This document shows, piece after piece, positions 1 to 12,200 of a stretch of 64,000 nt of DNA (its first letter is position 1; every line of letters starts with the position of its first letter). The stretch is from Antedon mediterranea. Its lineage: Eukaryota > Animalia > Echinodermata. The notes beneath the pieces are model-generated. The model did no database searches, was not told the DNA's origin, and saw only the letters and a program-made list of their open reading frames with translations. Location of the stretch: the NCBI RefSeq assembly GCF_964355755.1, contig NC_092676.1, forward strand, positions 12,758,771-12,822,770, in the 5' to 3' direction. Made by a program: the position numbers and the translations under genes.

Positions 1-260
1 GATAAAACTTTTCACACAAAAACATCAAATTGCACAAATAGCTTAATACCGTGTTTGAAATCGTTTTAAACCATTTTGAGCATGTCGATAAAACTTTTCA
101 CAAAAAAACATCAAAGTGCACAGAATAGCTTCAAATCGCATTTGGAGACGTTTTAAACCATTTTGTGCATTTCGATAAAACTTTTCACATAAAAACAACA
201 AAGTGTACAAAATAGCTTCAAATCGCATTTGGAGACGTTTTAGACCATTTTGTGCATTTC

Positions 261-338
261 GATGAAACTTGGTTACACAAAAACATCAAAGTGCTTAAAA
301 TCACATTTGAAACCGTTTTAGAGCATTTTGAGCATTTC
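261..338 (+). repeat. Example of 78-bp type-B monomer
   Basis: GATGAAACTTGGTTACACAAAAACATCAAAGTGCTTAAAATCACATTTGAAACCGTTTTAGAGCATTTTGAGCATTTC; the next monomer starts at 339. Very frequent, and usually alternates with 87-bp A monomers (165-bp dimer). Confidence 0.95.
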
Positions 339-842
339 GATAAAACTTTTCACACAAAAACATCAAAGTGTACAAAATAGCTTCAAATCACATTTGAAAC
401 CGTTTTAGACCATATTGAGCATTTCGATAAAACTTTTCACACAAAAACATCAAAGTGTACAAAATAGCTTCAAATCGCATTTGGAGACGTTTTAGACCAT
501 TTTGTGTATTTCGATGAAACTTGGTTACACAAAAACATCAAAGTGCTTAAAATCACATTTGAAAGCGTTTTAGAGCATTTTTAGCATTTCGATAATACTT
601 TTCACACAAAAACATCAAAGTGTACAAAATAGCTTCAAATCGCATTTGGAGACGTTTTAGACCATTTTGTGCATTTCGATGAAACTTGGTTACACAAAAA
701 CATCAAAGTGCTTAAAATAAAATTTAAAACAGTTTTAGAGCATTTTGAGCATTTCGATAAAACTTTTCACACAAAAACATCAAAGTGTACAAAATAGCTT
801 CAAATCGCATTTAGAGACGTTTTAGACCATTTTGTGCATTTC

Positions 843-930
843 GAAAAAATTTGTTAACATAAAAAGACCAAAGTGTTTAGAATATCTCCAAATCGCATTT
901 GGAGACGTTTTAGACCATTTTGTGCATTTC
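843..930 (+). repeat. Example of 88-bp type-C monomer
   Basis: GAAAAAATTTGTTAACATAAAAAGACCAAAGTGTTTAGAATATCTCCAAATCGCATTTGGAGA...; carries GTTAAC and a perfect TCTCCAAAT-cgc-ATTTGGAGA dyad. It is the source of the recurring 'MCISKKFVNIKRP' ORFs. Confidence 0.93.
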
Positions 931-1182
931 AATGAAACTTGGTTACACAAAAACCTCAAAGTGCTTAAAATCACATTTGAAACCGTTTTAGAGCATTTTT
1001 AGCATTTCGATAATACTTTTCACACAAAAACATCAAAGTGTACAAAATAGCTTCAAATCGCATTTAGAGAGGTTTTAGACCATTTTGTGCATTTCGATAA
1101 AACTTTTCACACAAAAACATCAAAGTGTACAAAATAGCTTCAAATCGCATTTAGAGACGTTTTAGACCATTTTGTGCATTTC

Positions 1183-1269
1183 GATAAAACTTTTCACACA
1201 AAAACATCAAATTGCACAAAATAGCTTAATACCGTGTTTGAAATCGTTTTAAACCATTTTGAGCATGTC
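1183..1269 (+). repeat. Example of 87-bp type-D monomer
   Basis: ...CATCAAATTGCACAAAATAGCTTAATACCGTGTTTGAAATCGTTTTAAACCATTTTGAGCATGTC; diverged centre, usually followed by a CACAGAAT-type (E) monomer. Confidence 0.9.
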
Positions 1270-1999
1270 GATAAAACTTTTCACAAAAAAACATCAAAGT
1301 GCACAGAATAGCTTCAAGTCGCATTTGGAGACGTTTTAAACCATTTTGAGCATTTCGATAAAACTTTTCACACAAAAACATCAAAGTGTACAAAATAGCT
1401 TCAAATCGCATTTAGAGAGGTTTTAGACCATTTTGTGCATTTCGATAAAACTTTTCACACAAAAACATCAAATTGCACAAAATAGCTTAATATCGTGTTT
1501 GAAAACGTTTTAAACCATTTTGAGCATGTCGATAAAACTTTTCACACAAAAATATCAAAGCGCACAGAATATCTTCAAATCGCATTTAGAGACGTTTTAG
1601 ACCATTTTGTGCATTTCGAAAAAATTTGTTAACATAAAAAGACCAAAGTGTTTAGAATATCTCCAAATCGCATTTGGAGACGTTTTAGACCATTTTGTGC
1701 ATTTCGATGAAACTTGATTACACAAAAACATCAAAGTGCTTAAAATCACATTTAAAACAGTTTTAGAGCGTTTTGAGCATTTCGATAAACTTTTCACACA
1801 AAAACATCAAAGTGCACAAAATAGCTTCAAATCGCATTTAGAGATGTTTTAGACCATTTTGTGCATTTCGATAAAACTTTTCACACAAAAAAATCAAATT
1901 GCACAAAAAAGCTTAATACCGTGTTTGAAATCGTTTTAAACCAATTTGAGCATGTCGAAAAAACTTTTCACACAAAAACATCAAAGTGCACAGAATATC

Positions 2000-4900
2000 T
2001 TCAAATCGCATTTAGAGACGTTTTAGACCATTTTGTGCATTTCGAAAAAATTTGTTAACATAAAAAGACCAAAGTGTTTAGAATATCTCCAAATCGCATT
2101 TGGAGACGTTTTAGACCATTTTGTGCATTTCGATGAAACTTGGTTACACAAAAACATCAAAGTGCTTAAAATCACATTTGAAACCGTTTTAGAGCATTTT
2201 GAGCATTTCGATAAAACTTTTCACACAAAAACATCAAAGTGTACAAAATAGCTTCAAATCACATTTGAAACCGTTTTAGACCATTTTGAGCATTTCGATA
2301 AAACTTTTCACACAAAAACATCAAAGTGTACAAAATAGCTTCAAATCGCATTTGGAGACGTTTTAGACCATTTTGTGCATTTCGATGAAACTTGGTTACA
2401 CAAAAACATCAAAGTGCTTAAAATCACATTTGAAACCGTTTTAGAGCATTTTTAGCATTTCGATAATACTTTTCACACAAAAACATCAAAGTGTACAAAA
2501 TAGCTTCAAATCGCATTTGGAGACGTTTTAGACCATTTTGTGCATTTCGATGAAACTTGGTTACACAAAAACATCAAAGTGCTTAAAATCACATTTGAAA
2601 TCGTTTTAGACCATTTTGAGCATTTCGATAAAACTTTTCACACAAAAAAATCAAAGTGCACAAAATAGCTTCAAATCGCATTTGGAGACGTTTTAGACTA
2701 TTTTGTGCATTTCGAAAAAATTTGTTAACATAAAAAGACCAAAGTGTTTAGAATATCTCCAAATCGCATTTGGAGACGTTTTAAATCATTTTGTGCATTT
2801 CGATGGAACTTGGTTACACAAAAACATCAAAGTGCTTAAAATCACATTTAAAACCGTTTTAGAGCATTTTGAGCATTTCGATAAAACTTTTCACACAAAA
2901 ACATCAAAGTGTACAAAATAGCTTCAAATCGCATTTAGAGAGGTTTTAGACCATTTTGTGCATTTCGATAAAACTTTACACACAAAAACATCAAAGTGTA
3001 CAAAAAAGCTTCAAATCGCATTTAGAGACGTTTTAGACCATTTTGTGCATTTCGATAAAACTTTTCACACAAAAACATAAAATTGCACAAAATAGCTTAA
3101 TATCGTGTTTGAAAACGTTTTAAACCATTTTGAGCATGTCGATAAAACTTTTCACACAAAAATATCAAAGTGCACAGAATATCTTCAAATCGCATTTAGA
3201 GACGTTTTAGACCATTTTGTGCATTTCGAAAAAATTTGTTAACATAAAAAGACCAAAGTGTTTAGAATATCTCCAAATCGCATTTGGAGACGTTTTAGAC
3301 CATTTTGTGCATTTCGATGAAACTTGGTTACATAAAAACATCAAAGTGCTTAAAATCACATTTAAAACCGTTTTAGAGCGTTTTGAGCATTTCGATAAAC
3401 TTTTCACACAAAAACATCAAAGTGCACAAAATAGCTTCAAATCGCATTTAGAGATGTTTTAGACCATTTTGTGCATTTCGAAAAAACTTTTCACACAAAA
3501 ACATCAAATTGCACACAATAGCTTAATACCGTGTTTGAAATCGTTTTAAACCATTTTGAGCATGTCGATAAAACTTTTCACACAAAAACATCAAAGTGCA
3601 CAGAATATCTTCAAATCGCATATAGAGACGTTTTAGACCATTTTGTGCATTTCGAAAAAATTTGTTAACATTAAAAGACCAATGTGTTTAGAATATCTCC
3701 AAATCGCATTTGGAGACGTTTTAGACCATTTTGTGCATTTCGATGAAACTTGGTTACACAAAAACATCAAAGTGCTTAAAATCACATTTGAAACCGTTTT
3801 AGAGCATTTTGAGCATTTCGATAAAACTTTTCACACAAAAACATCAAAGTGTACAAAATAGCTTCAAATCACATTTGAAACCGTTTTAGACCATTTTGAG
3901 CATTTCGATAAAACTTTTCACACAAAAACATCAAAGTGTACAAAATGGCTTCAAATCGCTTTTGGAGACGTTTTAGAGCATTTTGAGCATTTCGATCAAA
4001 CTTTTCACACAAAAACATCAAAGTGTACAAAATAACTTCAAATCGCATTTAGAGACCTTTTAGACCATTTTGTGCATTTTGGTAAAACTTTTCACACAAA
4101 AACATCAAATTGCACAAAATAGCTTAATATCGTGTTTGAAAACGTTTTAAACCATTTTGAGCATGTCGATAAAACTTTTCACATAAAAATATCAAAGTGC
4201 ACAGAATAGCTTCAAATCGCATTTGGAGACGTTTTAGACCATTTTGTGCATTTTGGTAAAACTTTTCACACAAAAACATCAAATTGCACAAAATAGCTTA
4301 ATATCGTGTTTGAAAACGTTTTAAACCATTTTGAGCATGTCGATAAAACTTTTCACTCAAAAATATCAAAGTGCACAGAATATCTTCAAATCGCATTTAG
4401 AGACGTTTTAGACCATTTTGTGCATTTTGAAAAAATTTGTTAACATAAAAAGACCAAAGTGTTTAGAATATCTCCAAATCGCATTTGGAGACGTTTTAGA
4501 CCATTTTGTGTTTTTCGAAAAAACTTTTCACACAAAAACATCAAAGTGTACAAAATTGCTTCAAATCGCATTTGGAGACGTTTTAGACCATTTTGTGCAT
4601 TTTGGTAAAACTTTTCACACAAAAACATCAAAATTCACAAAATAGCTTAATATCGTGTTTGAAAACGTTTTAAACCATTTTGAGCATGTCGATAAAACTT
4701 TTCACTCAAAAATATCAAAGTGCACAGAATATCTTCAAATCGCATTTAGAGACGTTTTAGACCATTTTGTGCATTTCGAAAAAAATTGTTAACATAAAAA
4801 GACCAAAGTGTTTAGAATATCTCCAAATCGCATTTGGAGACGTTTTAGACCATTTTGCGCATTTCGATGAAACTTGGTTACACAAAAACATCAAAGTGCT

Positions 4901-7900
4901 TAAAATCACATTTAAAACCGTTTTAGAGCGTTTTGAGCATTTCGATAAACTTTTCAAACAAAAACATCAAAGTGTACAAAATAGCTTCAAATCGTATTTG
5001 GAGACGTTTTAGACCATTTTGTGCGTTTCGATGAATCTTGGTTACACAAAAACATCAAAGTGCTTAAAATCACATTTAAAACCGTTTTAGTGCATTTTGA
5101 GCATTTCGATAAAACTTTTCACACAAAAACATCAAAGTGCACAAAATAGCTTCAAATCGCATTTAGAGATGTTTTAGACCATTTTGTGCGTTTCGATAAA
5201 ACTTTTCACACAAAAACATCAAATTGCACAAAATAGCTTAATATCGTGTTTGAAAACGTTTTAGACCATTTTGAGCATGTCGATAAAACTTTTCACACAA
5301 AAACATAAAAGTGCACAAAATAGCTTCAAATCGCATTTAGAGATGTTTTAGACCATTTTGTGCATTTCGATAAAACTTTTCACACAAAAACATCAAATTG
5401 CACAAAATAGCTTAATACCGTGTTTGAAATCGTTTTAAACCATTTTGAGCATGTCGATAAAACTTTTCACAAAAAAACATCAAAGTGCACAGAATAGCTT
5501 CAAATCGCATTTGGAGACGTTTTAAACCATTTTGTGCATTTCGATAAAACTTTTCACATAAAAACATCAAAGTGTCCAAAATAGCTTCAAATCGCATTTA
5601 GAGACGTTTTAGACCATTTTGGGCATTTATAAAAGTGCTTAAAATCACATTTCAAACCGTTTTAGAGCATTTTGAGCATTTCGATAAAACTTTTCACACA
5701 AAAACATCAAAGTGCACAAAATAGCTTCAAATCGCATTTAGAGATGTTTTAGACCATTTTGTGCAATTCGATAAAACTTTTCACACAAAAACATCAAAGT
5801 GCACAAAATAGCTTCAAATCGCATTTAGAGATGTTTTAGACCATTTTGTGCATTTCGATAAAACTTTTCACACAAAAACATAAAAGTGAACAGAATAGCT
5901 TCAAATTGCATTTGGAGACGTTTTAGAGCATTTTGTGCATTTCGATAAAATGTGTTAACATAAAAAGACCAAAGTGTTTAGAATATCTTCAAATCACATT
6001 TGGAGACGTTTTAGACCATTTTTGGCATTTCGATGAAACTTGGTTACACAAAAACATCAAAGTGCTTAAAATCACATTTAAAACCGTTTTAGAGCATTTT
6101 GAGCATTTCGATAAAACTTTTCACACAAAAACATCAAAGTGTACAAAATAGCTTCAAATCGCATTTAGAGAGGTTTTAGACCATTTTGTGCATTTCGATA
6201 AAACTTTTCACACAAAAACATCAAAGTGTACAAAATAACTTCAAATCGTATTTAGAGACGTTTTAGACCATTTTGTGCATTTTGATAAAACTTTTCACAC
6301 AAAAACATCAAATTGCACAAAATAGCTTAATATCGTGTTTGAAAACGTTTTAAACCATTTTGAGCATGTCGATAAAACTTTTCACACAAAAATATCAAAG
6401 TGCACAGAATATCTTCAAATCGCATTTAGAGACGTTTTAGACCATTTTGTGCATTTCGAAAAAATTTGTTAACATAAAAAGACCAAAGTGTTTAGAATAT
6501 CTCCAAATCGCATTTGGAGACGTTTTAGACCATTTTGTGTTTTTCGAAAAACTTTTCACACAAAAACATCAAAGTGTAGAAAATTGCTTCAAATCGCATT
6601 TAGAGACGTTTTAGACCATTTTGTGCATTTCGAAAAAACTTTTTAAAATAAAAACACCAAAGTGCTTAGAATAGCTTCAAATCGCATTTGGAGACGTTTT
6701 AGACCATTTTGTGCATTTCGATGAAACTTGGTTACACAAAAACATCAAAGTGCTTAAAATCACATTTGAAACCGTTTTAGAGCATTTTGAGCATTTCGAT
6801 AAAACTTTTCACACAAAAACATCAAAGTGTACAAAATAGCTTCAAATCACATTTGAAACCGTTTTAGACTATTTTGAGCATTTCGATAAAACTTTTCACA
6901 CAAAAACATCAAAGTGTACAAAATAGCTTCAAATCGCATTTGGAGACGTTTTAGACCATTTTGTGCATTTCGATGAAACTTGGTTACACAAAAACATCAA
7001 AGTGCTTAAAATTACATTTGAAAGCGTTTTAGAGCATTTTGAGCATTTCGATAATACTTTTCACACAAAAACATCAAAGTGTACAAAATAGCTTCAAATC
7101 GCATTTGGAGATGTTTTAGACCATTTTGTGCATTTCGATGAAACTTGGTTACACAAAAACATCAAAGTGCTTAAAATCACATTTGAAACCGTTTTAGACC
7201 ATTTTGAGCGTGTCGATAAAACTTTTCACACATAAAAATCAGAGTGCACTAAATAGCTTCAAATCGCATTTGGAGACGTTTTAGACCATTTTGTGCATAT
7301 CGATGAAACTTGGTTACACAAAAACATCAAAGTGCTTAAAATCACATTTGAAATCGTTTTAGACCATTTTGAGCGTTTCGATAAAACTTTTCACACAAAA
7401 AAATCAAAGTGCACAAAATAGCTTCAAATCGCATTTGGAGACGTTTTAGACTATTTTGTGCATTTCGAAAAAATTTGTTAACATAAAAAGACCAAAGTGT
7501 TTAGAATATCTCCAAATCGCATTTGGAGACGTTTTAAACCATTTTGTGCATTTCGATGGAACTTGGTTACACAAAAACATCAAAGTGCTTAAAATCACAT
7601 TTAAAACCGTTTTAGAGCATTTTGAGCATTTCGATAAAACTTTTCACACAAAAACATCAAAGTGTACAAAATAGCTTCAAATCGCATTTAGAGAGGTTTT
7701 AGACCATTTTGTGCATTTCGATAAAACTTTTCAAACAAAAACATCAAAGTGTACAAAATAGCTTCAAATCGCATTTAGAGACGTTTTAGACCATTTTGTG
7801 CATTTCGATAAAACTTTTCACACAAAAACATCAAATTGCACAAAATAGCTTAATATCGTGTTTAAAACCGTTTTTACCATTTTGAGCATTTCGATAAACT

Positions 7901-9298
7901 TTTCACACAAAAACATCAAAGTGCACAAAATAGCTTCAAATCGCATTTAGAGATGTTTTAGAACATTTTGTGCATTTCGATAAAATTTTTCACACAAAAA
8001 CATCAAATTGCACAAAAAAGCTTAATACCGTGTTTGAAATCGTTTTAAACCAATTTGAGCATGTCGATAAAACTTTTCACACAAAAACATCAAAGTGCAC
8101 AGAATATCTTCAAATCGCATTTAGAGACGTTTTAGACCATTTTGGGCATTTCGATGAAACTTGGTTACACAAATACATAAAAGTGCTTAAAATCACATTT
8201 AAAACCGTTTTAGAGCATTTTGAGCATTTCGATAAAACTTTTCACACAAAAACATCAAAGTGTACAAAATAGCTTCAAATCGCATTTAGAGAGGTTTTAG
8301 ACCATTTTGTGCATTTCGATAAAACTTTTCACACAAAAACATCAAAGTGTACAAAATAACTTCAAATCGTATTTAGAGACGTTTTAGACCATTTTGTGCA
8401 TTTTGATAAAACTTTTCACACAAAAACATCAAATTGCACAAAATAGCTTAATATCGTGTTTGAAAACGTTTTAAACCATTTTGAGCATGTCGATAAAACT
8501 TTTCACACAAAAACATCAAATTGCACAAAATAGCTTAATATCGTGTTTGAAAACGTTTTAAACCATTTTGAGCATGTCGATAAAACTTTTCACACAAAAA
8601 TATCAAAGTGCACAGAATATCTTCAAATCGCATTTAGAGACGTTTTAGACCATTTTGTGCATTTCGAAAAAATTTGTTAACATAAAAAGACCAAAGTGTT
8701 TAGAATATCTCCAAATCGCATTTCGAGACGTTTTAGACCATTTTGTGTTTTTCGAAAAAACTTTTCACACAAAAACATCAAAGTGTACAAAATTGCTTCA
8801 AATCGCATTTGGAGACGTTTTAGACCATTTTGTGATTTTCGAAAAACTTTTCACACAAAAACATCAAAGTGTAGAAAATTGCTTCAAATCGCATTTAGAG
8901 ACGTTTTAGACCATTTTGTGCATTTCGAAAAAATTTGTTAACATAAAAAGACCAAAGTGTTTAGAATATTTCCAAATCGCATTTGGAGACGTTTTAGACC
9001 ATTTTGTGCATTTCGATGAAACTTGGTTACACAAAAACATCAAAGTGCTTAAAATCACATTTAAAACCGTTTTAGAGCGTTTTGAGCATTTCGATAAACT
9101 TTTCACACAAAAACATCAAAGTGCACAAAATAGCATTTAGAGATGTTTTAGACCATTTTGTGCATTTCGATAAAACTTTTCACACAAAAACATCAAATTG
9201 CACAAAAAAGCTTAATACCGTGTTTGAAATCGTTTTAAACCAATTTGAGCATGTCGATAAAACTTTTCACACAAAAACATCAAAGTGCACAGAATATC
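2000..9298 (+). repeat. ~7.3-kb higher-order repeat, copy 1 (7299 bp)
   Basis: The ORF series at 2703, 3217, 3643 recurs identically at +7299 (10002, 10516, 10942), and 2033 recurs with one change at 9332. Rare variants (CTTTACAC, CATATAGAG, CCAATGTG) recur in the same order. Confidence 0.9.
3228..3653 (+). repeat. 426-bp five-monomer module (C-B-A-D-E: 88+78+86+87+87)
   Basis: Successive C-monomer ORFs at 3217/3643, 10516/10942 and 28974/29400 are each 426 bp apart. A 416-bp version with a 10-bp deletion occurs at 8916/9332. Confidence 0.85.
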
Positions 9299-12200
9299 TT
9301 CAAATCGCATTTAGAGACGTTTTAGACCATTTTGTGCATTTCGAAAAAATTTGTTAACATAAAAAGACCAAAGTGTTTAGAATATCTCCAAATCGCATTT
9401 GGAGACGTTTTAGACCATTTTGTGCATTTCGATGAAACTTGGTTACACAAAAACATCAAAGTGCTTAAAATCACATTTGAAACCGTTTTAGAGAATTTTG
9501 AGCATTTCGATAAAACTTTTCACACAAAAACATCAAAGTGTACAAAATAGCTTCAAATCACATTTGAAACCGTTTTAGACCATTTTGAGCATTTCGATAA
9601 AACTTTTCACACAAAAACATCAAAGTGTACAAAATAGCTTCAAATCGCATTTGGAGACGTTTTAGACCATTTTGTGCATTTCGATGAAACTTGGTTACAC
9701 AAAAACATCAAAGTGCTTAAAATCACATTTGAAACCGTTTTAGAGCATTTTTAGCATTTCGATAATACTTTTCACACAAAAACATCAAAGTGTACAAAAT
9801 AGCTTCAAATCGCATTTGGAGACGTTTTAGACCATTTTGTGCATTTCGATGAAACTTGGTTACACAAAAACATCAAAGTGCTTAAAATCACATTTGAAAT
9901 CGTTTTAGACCATTTTGAGCATTTCGATAAAACTTTTCACACAAAAAAATCAAAGTGCACAAAATAGCTTCAAATCGCATTTGGAGACGTTTTAGACTAT
10001 TTTGTGCATTTCGAAAAAATTTGTTAACATAAAAAGACCAAAGTGTTTAGAATATCTCCAAATCGCATTTGGAGACGTTTTAAATCATTTTGTGCATTTC
10101 GATGGAACTTGGTTACACAAAAACATCAAAGTGCTTAAAATCACATTTAAAACCGTTTTAGAGCATTTTGAGCATTTCGATAAAACTTTTCACACAAAAA
10201 CATCAAAGTGTACAAAATAGCTTCAAATCGCATTTAGAGAGGTTTTAGACCATTTTGTGCATTTCGATAAAACTTTACACACAAAAACATCAAAGTGTAC
10301 AAAAAAGCTTCAAATCGCATTTAGAGACGTTTTAGACCATTTTGTGCATTTCGATAAAACTTTTCACACAAAAACATAAAATTGCACAAAATAGCTTAAT
10401 ATCGTGTTTGAAAACGTTTTAAACCATTTTGAGCATGTCGATAAAACTTTTCACACAAAAATATCAAAGTGCACAGAATATCTTCAAATCGCATTTAGAG
10501 ACGTTTTAGACCATTTTGTGCATTTCGAAAAAATTTGTTAACATAAAAAGACCAAAGTGTTTAGAATATCTCCAAATCGCATTTGGAGACGTTTTAGACC
10601 ATTTTGTGCATTTCGATGAAACTTGGTTACATAAAAACATCAAAGTGCTTAAAATCACATTTAAAACCGTTTTAGAGCGTTTTGAGCATTTCGATAAACT
10701 TTTCACACAAAAACATCAAAGTGCACAAAATAGCTTCAAATCGCATTTAGAGATGTTTTAGACCATTTTGTGCATTTCGAAAAAACTTTTCACACAAAAA
10801 CATCAAATTGCACACAATAGCTTAATACCGTGTTTGAAATCGTTTTAAACCATTTTGAGCATGTCGATAAAACTTTTCACACAAAAACATCAAAGTGCAC
10901 AGAATATCTTCAAATCGCATATAGAGACGTTTTAGACCATTTTGTGCATTTCGAAAAAATTTGTTAACATTAAAAGACCAATGTGTTTAGAATATCTCCA
11001 AATCGCATTTGGAGACGTTTTAGACCATTTTGTGCATTTCGATGAAACTTGGTTACACAAAAACATCAAAGTGCTTAAAATCACATTTGAAACCGTTTTA
11101 GAGCATTTTGAGCATTTCGATAAAACTTTTCACACAAAAACATCAAAGTGTACAAAATAGCTTCAAATCACATTTGAAACCGTTTTAGACCATTTTGAGC
11201 ATTTCGATAAAACTTTTCACACAAAAACATCAAAGTGTACAAAATGGCTTCAAATCGCTTTTGGAGACGTTTTAGAGCATTTTGAGCATTTCGATCAAAC
11301 TTTTCACACACATCAAAGTGTACAAAATAACTTCAAATCGCATTTAGAGACCTTTTAGACCATTTTGTGCATTTTGGTAAAACTTTTCACACAAAAACAT
11401 CAAATTGCACAAAATAGCTTAATATCGTGTTTGAAAACGTTTTAAACCATTTTGAGCATGTCGATAAAACTTTTCACATAAAAATATCAAAGTGCACAGA
11501 ATAGCTTCAAATCGCATTTGGAGACGTTTTAGACCATTTTGTGCATTTTGGTAAAACTTTTCACACAAAAACATCAAATTGCACAAAATAGCTTAATATC
11601 GTGTTTGAAAACGTTTTAAACCATTTTGAGCATGTCGATAAAACTTTTCACTCAAAAATATCAAAGTGCACAGAATATCTTCAAATCGCATTTAGAGACG
11701 TTTTAGACCATTTTGTGCATTTTGAAAAAATTTGTTAACATAAAAAGACCAAAGTGTTTAGAATATCTCCAAATCGCATTTGGAGACGTTTTAGACCATT
11801 TTGTGTTTTTCGAAAAAACTTTTCACACAAAAACATCAAAGTGTACAAAATTGCTTCAAATCGCATTTGGAGACGTTTTAGACCATTTTGTGCATTTTGG
11901 TAAAACTTTTCACACAAAAACATCAAAATTCACAAAATAGCTTAATATCGTGTTTGAAAACGTTTTAAACCATTTTGAGCATGTCGATAAAACTTTTCAC
12001 TCAAAAATATCAAAGTGCACAGAATATCTTCAAATCGCATTTAGAGACGTTTTAGACCATTTTGTGCATTTCGAAAAAAATTGTTAACATAAAAAGACCA
12101 AAGTGTTTAGAATATCTCCAAATCGCATTTGGAGACGTTTTAGACCATTTTGCGCATTTCGATGAAACTTGGTTACACAAAAACATCAAAGTGCTTAAAA

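Noticed and set aside
422-438. TTTCGATAAAAC as a CENP-B box
   Set aside because: It matches only the TTCGnnnnA half; the required CGGG is absent.
711-730. Singleton variant CTTAAAATAAAATTT (CAC to AAA)
   Set aside because: It is seen once and is absent from the sister copies at ~28025 and ~49088. It cannot be distinguished from a sequencing error.
885-905. Dyads as intrinsic terminators, operators or transposon TIRs
   Set aside because: They are repeated in every monomer with no adjacent genes or transposase, so a specific regulatory call is unsupported.
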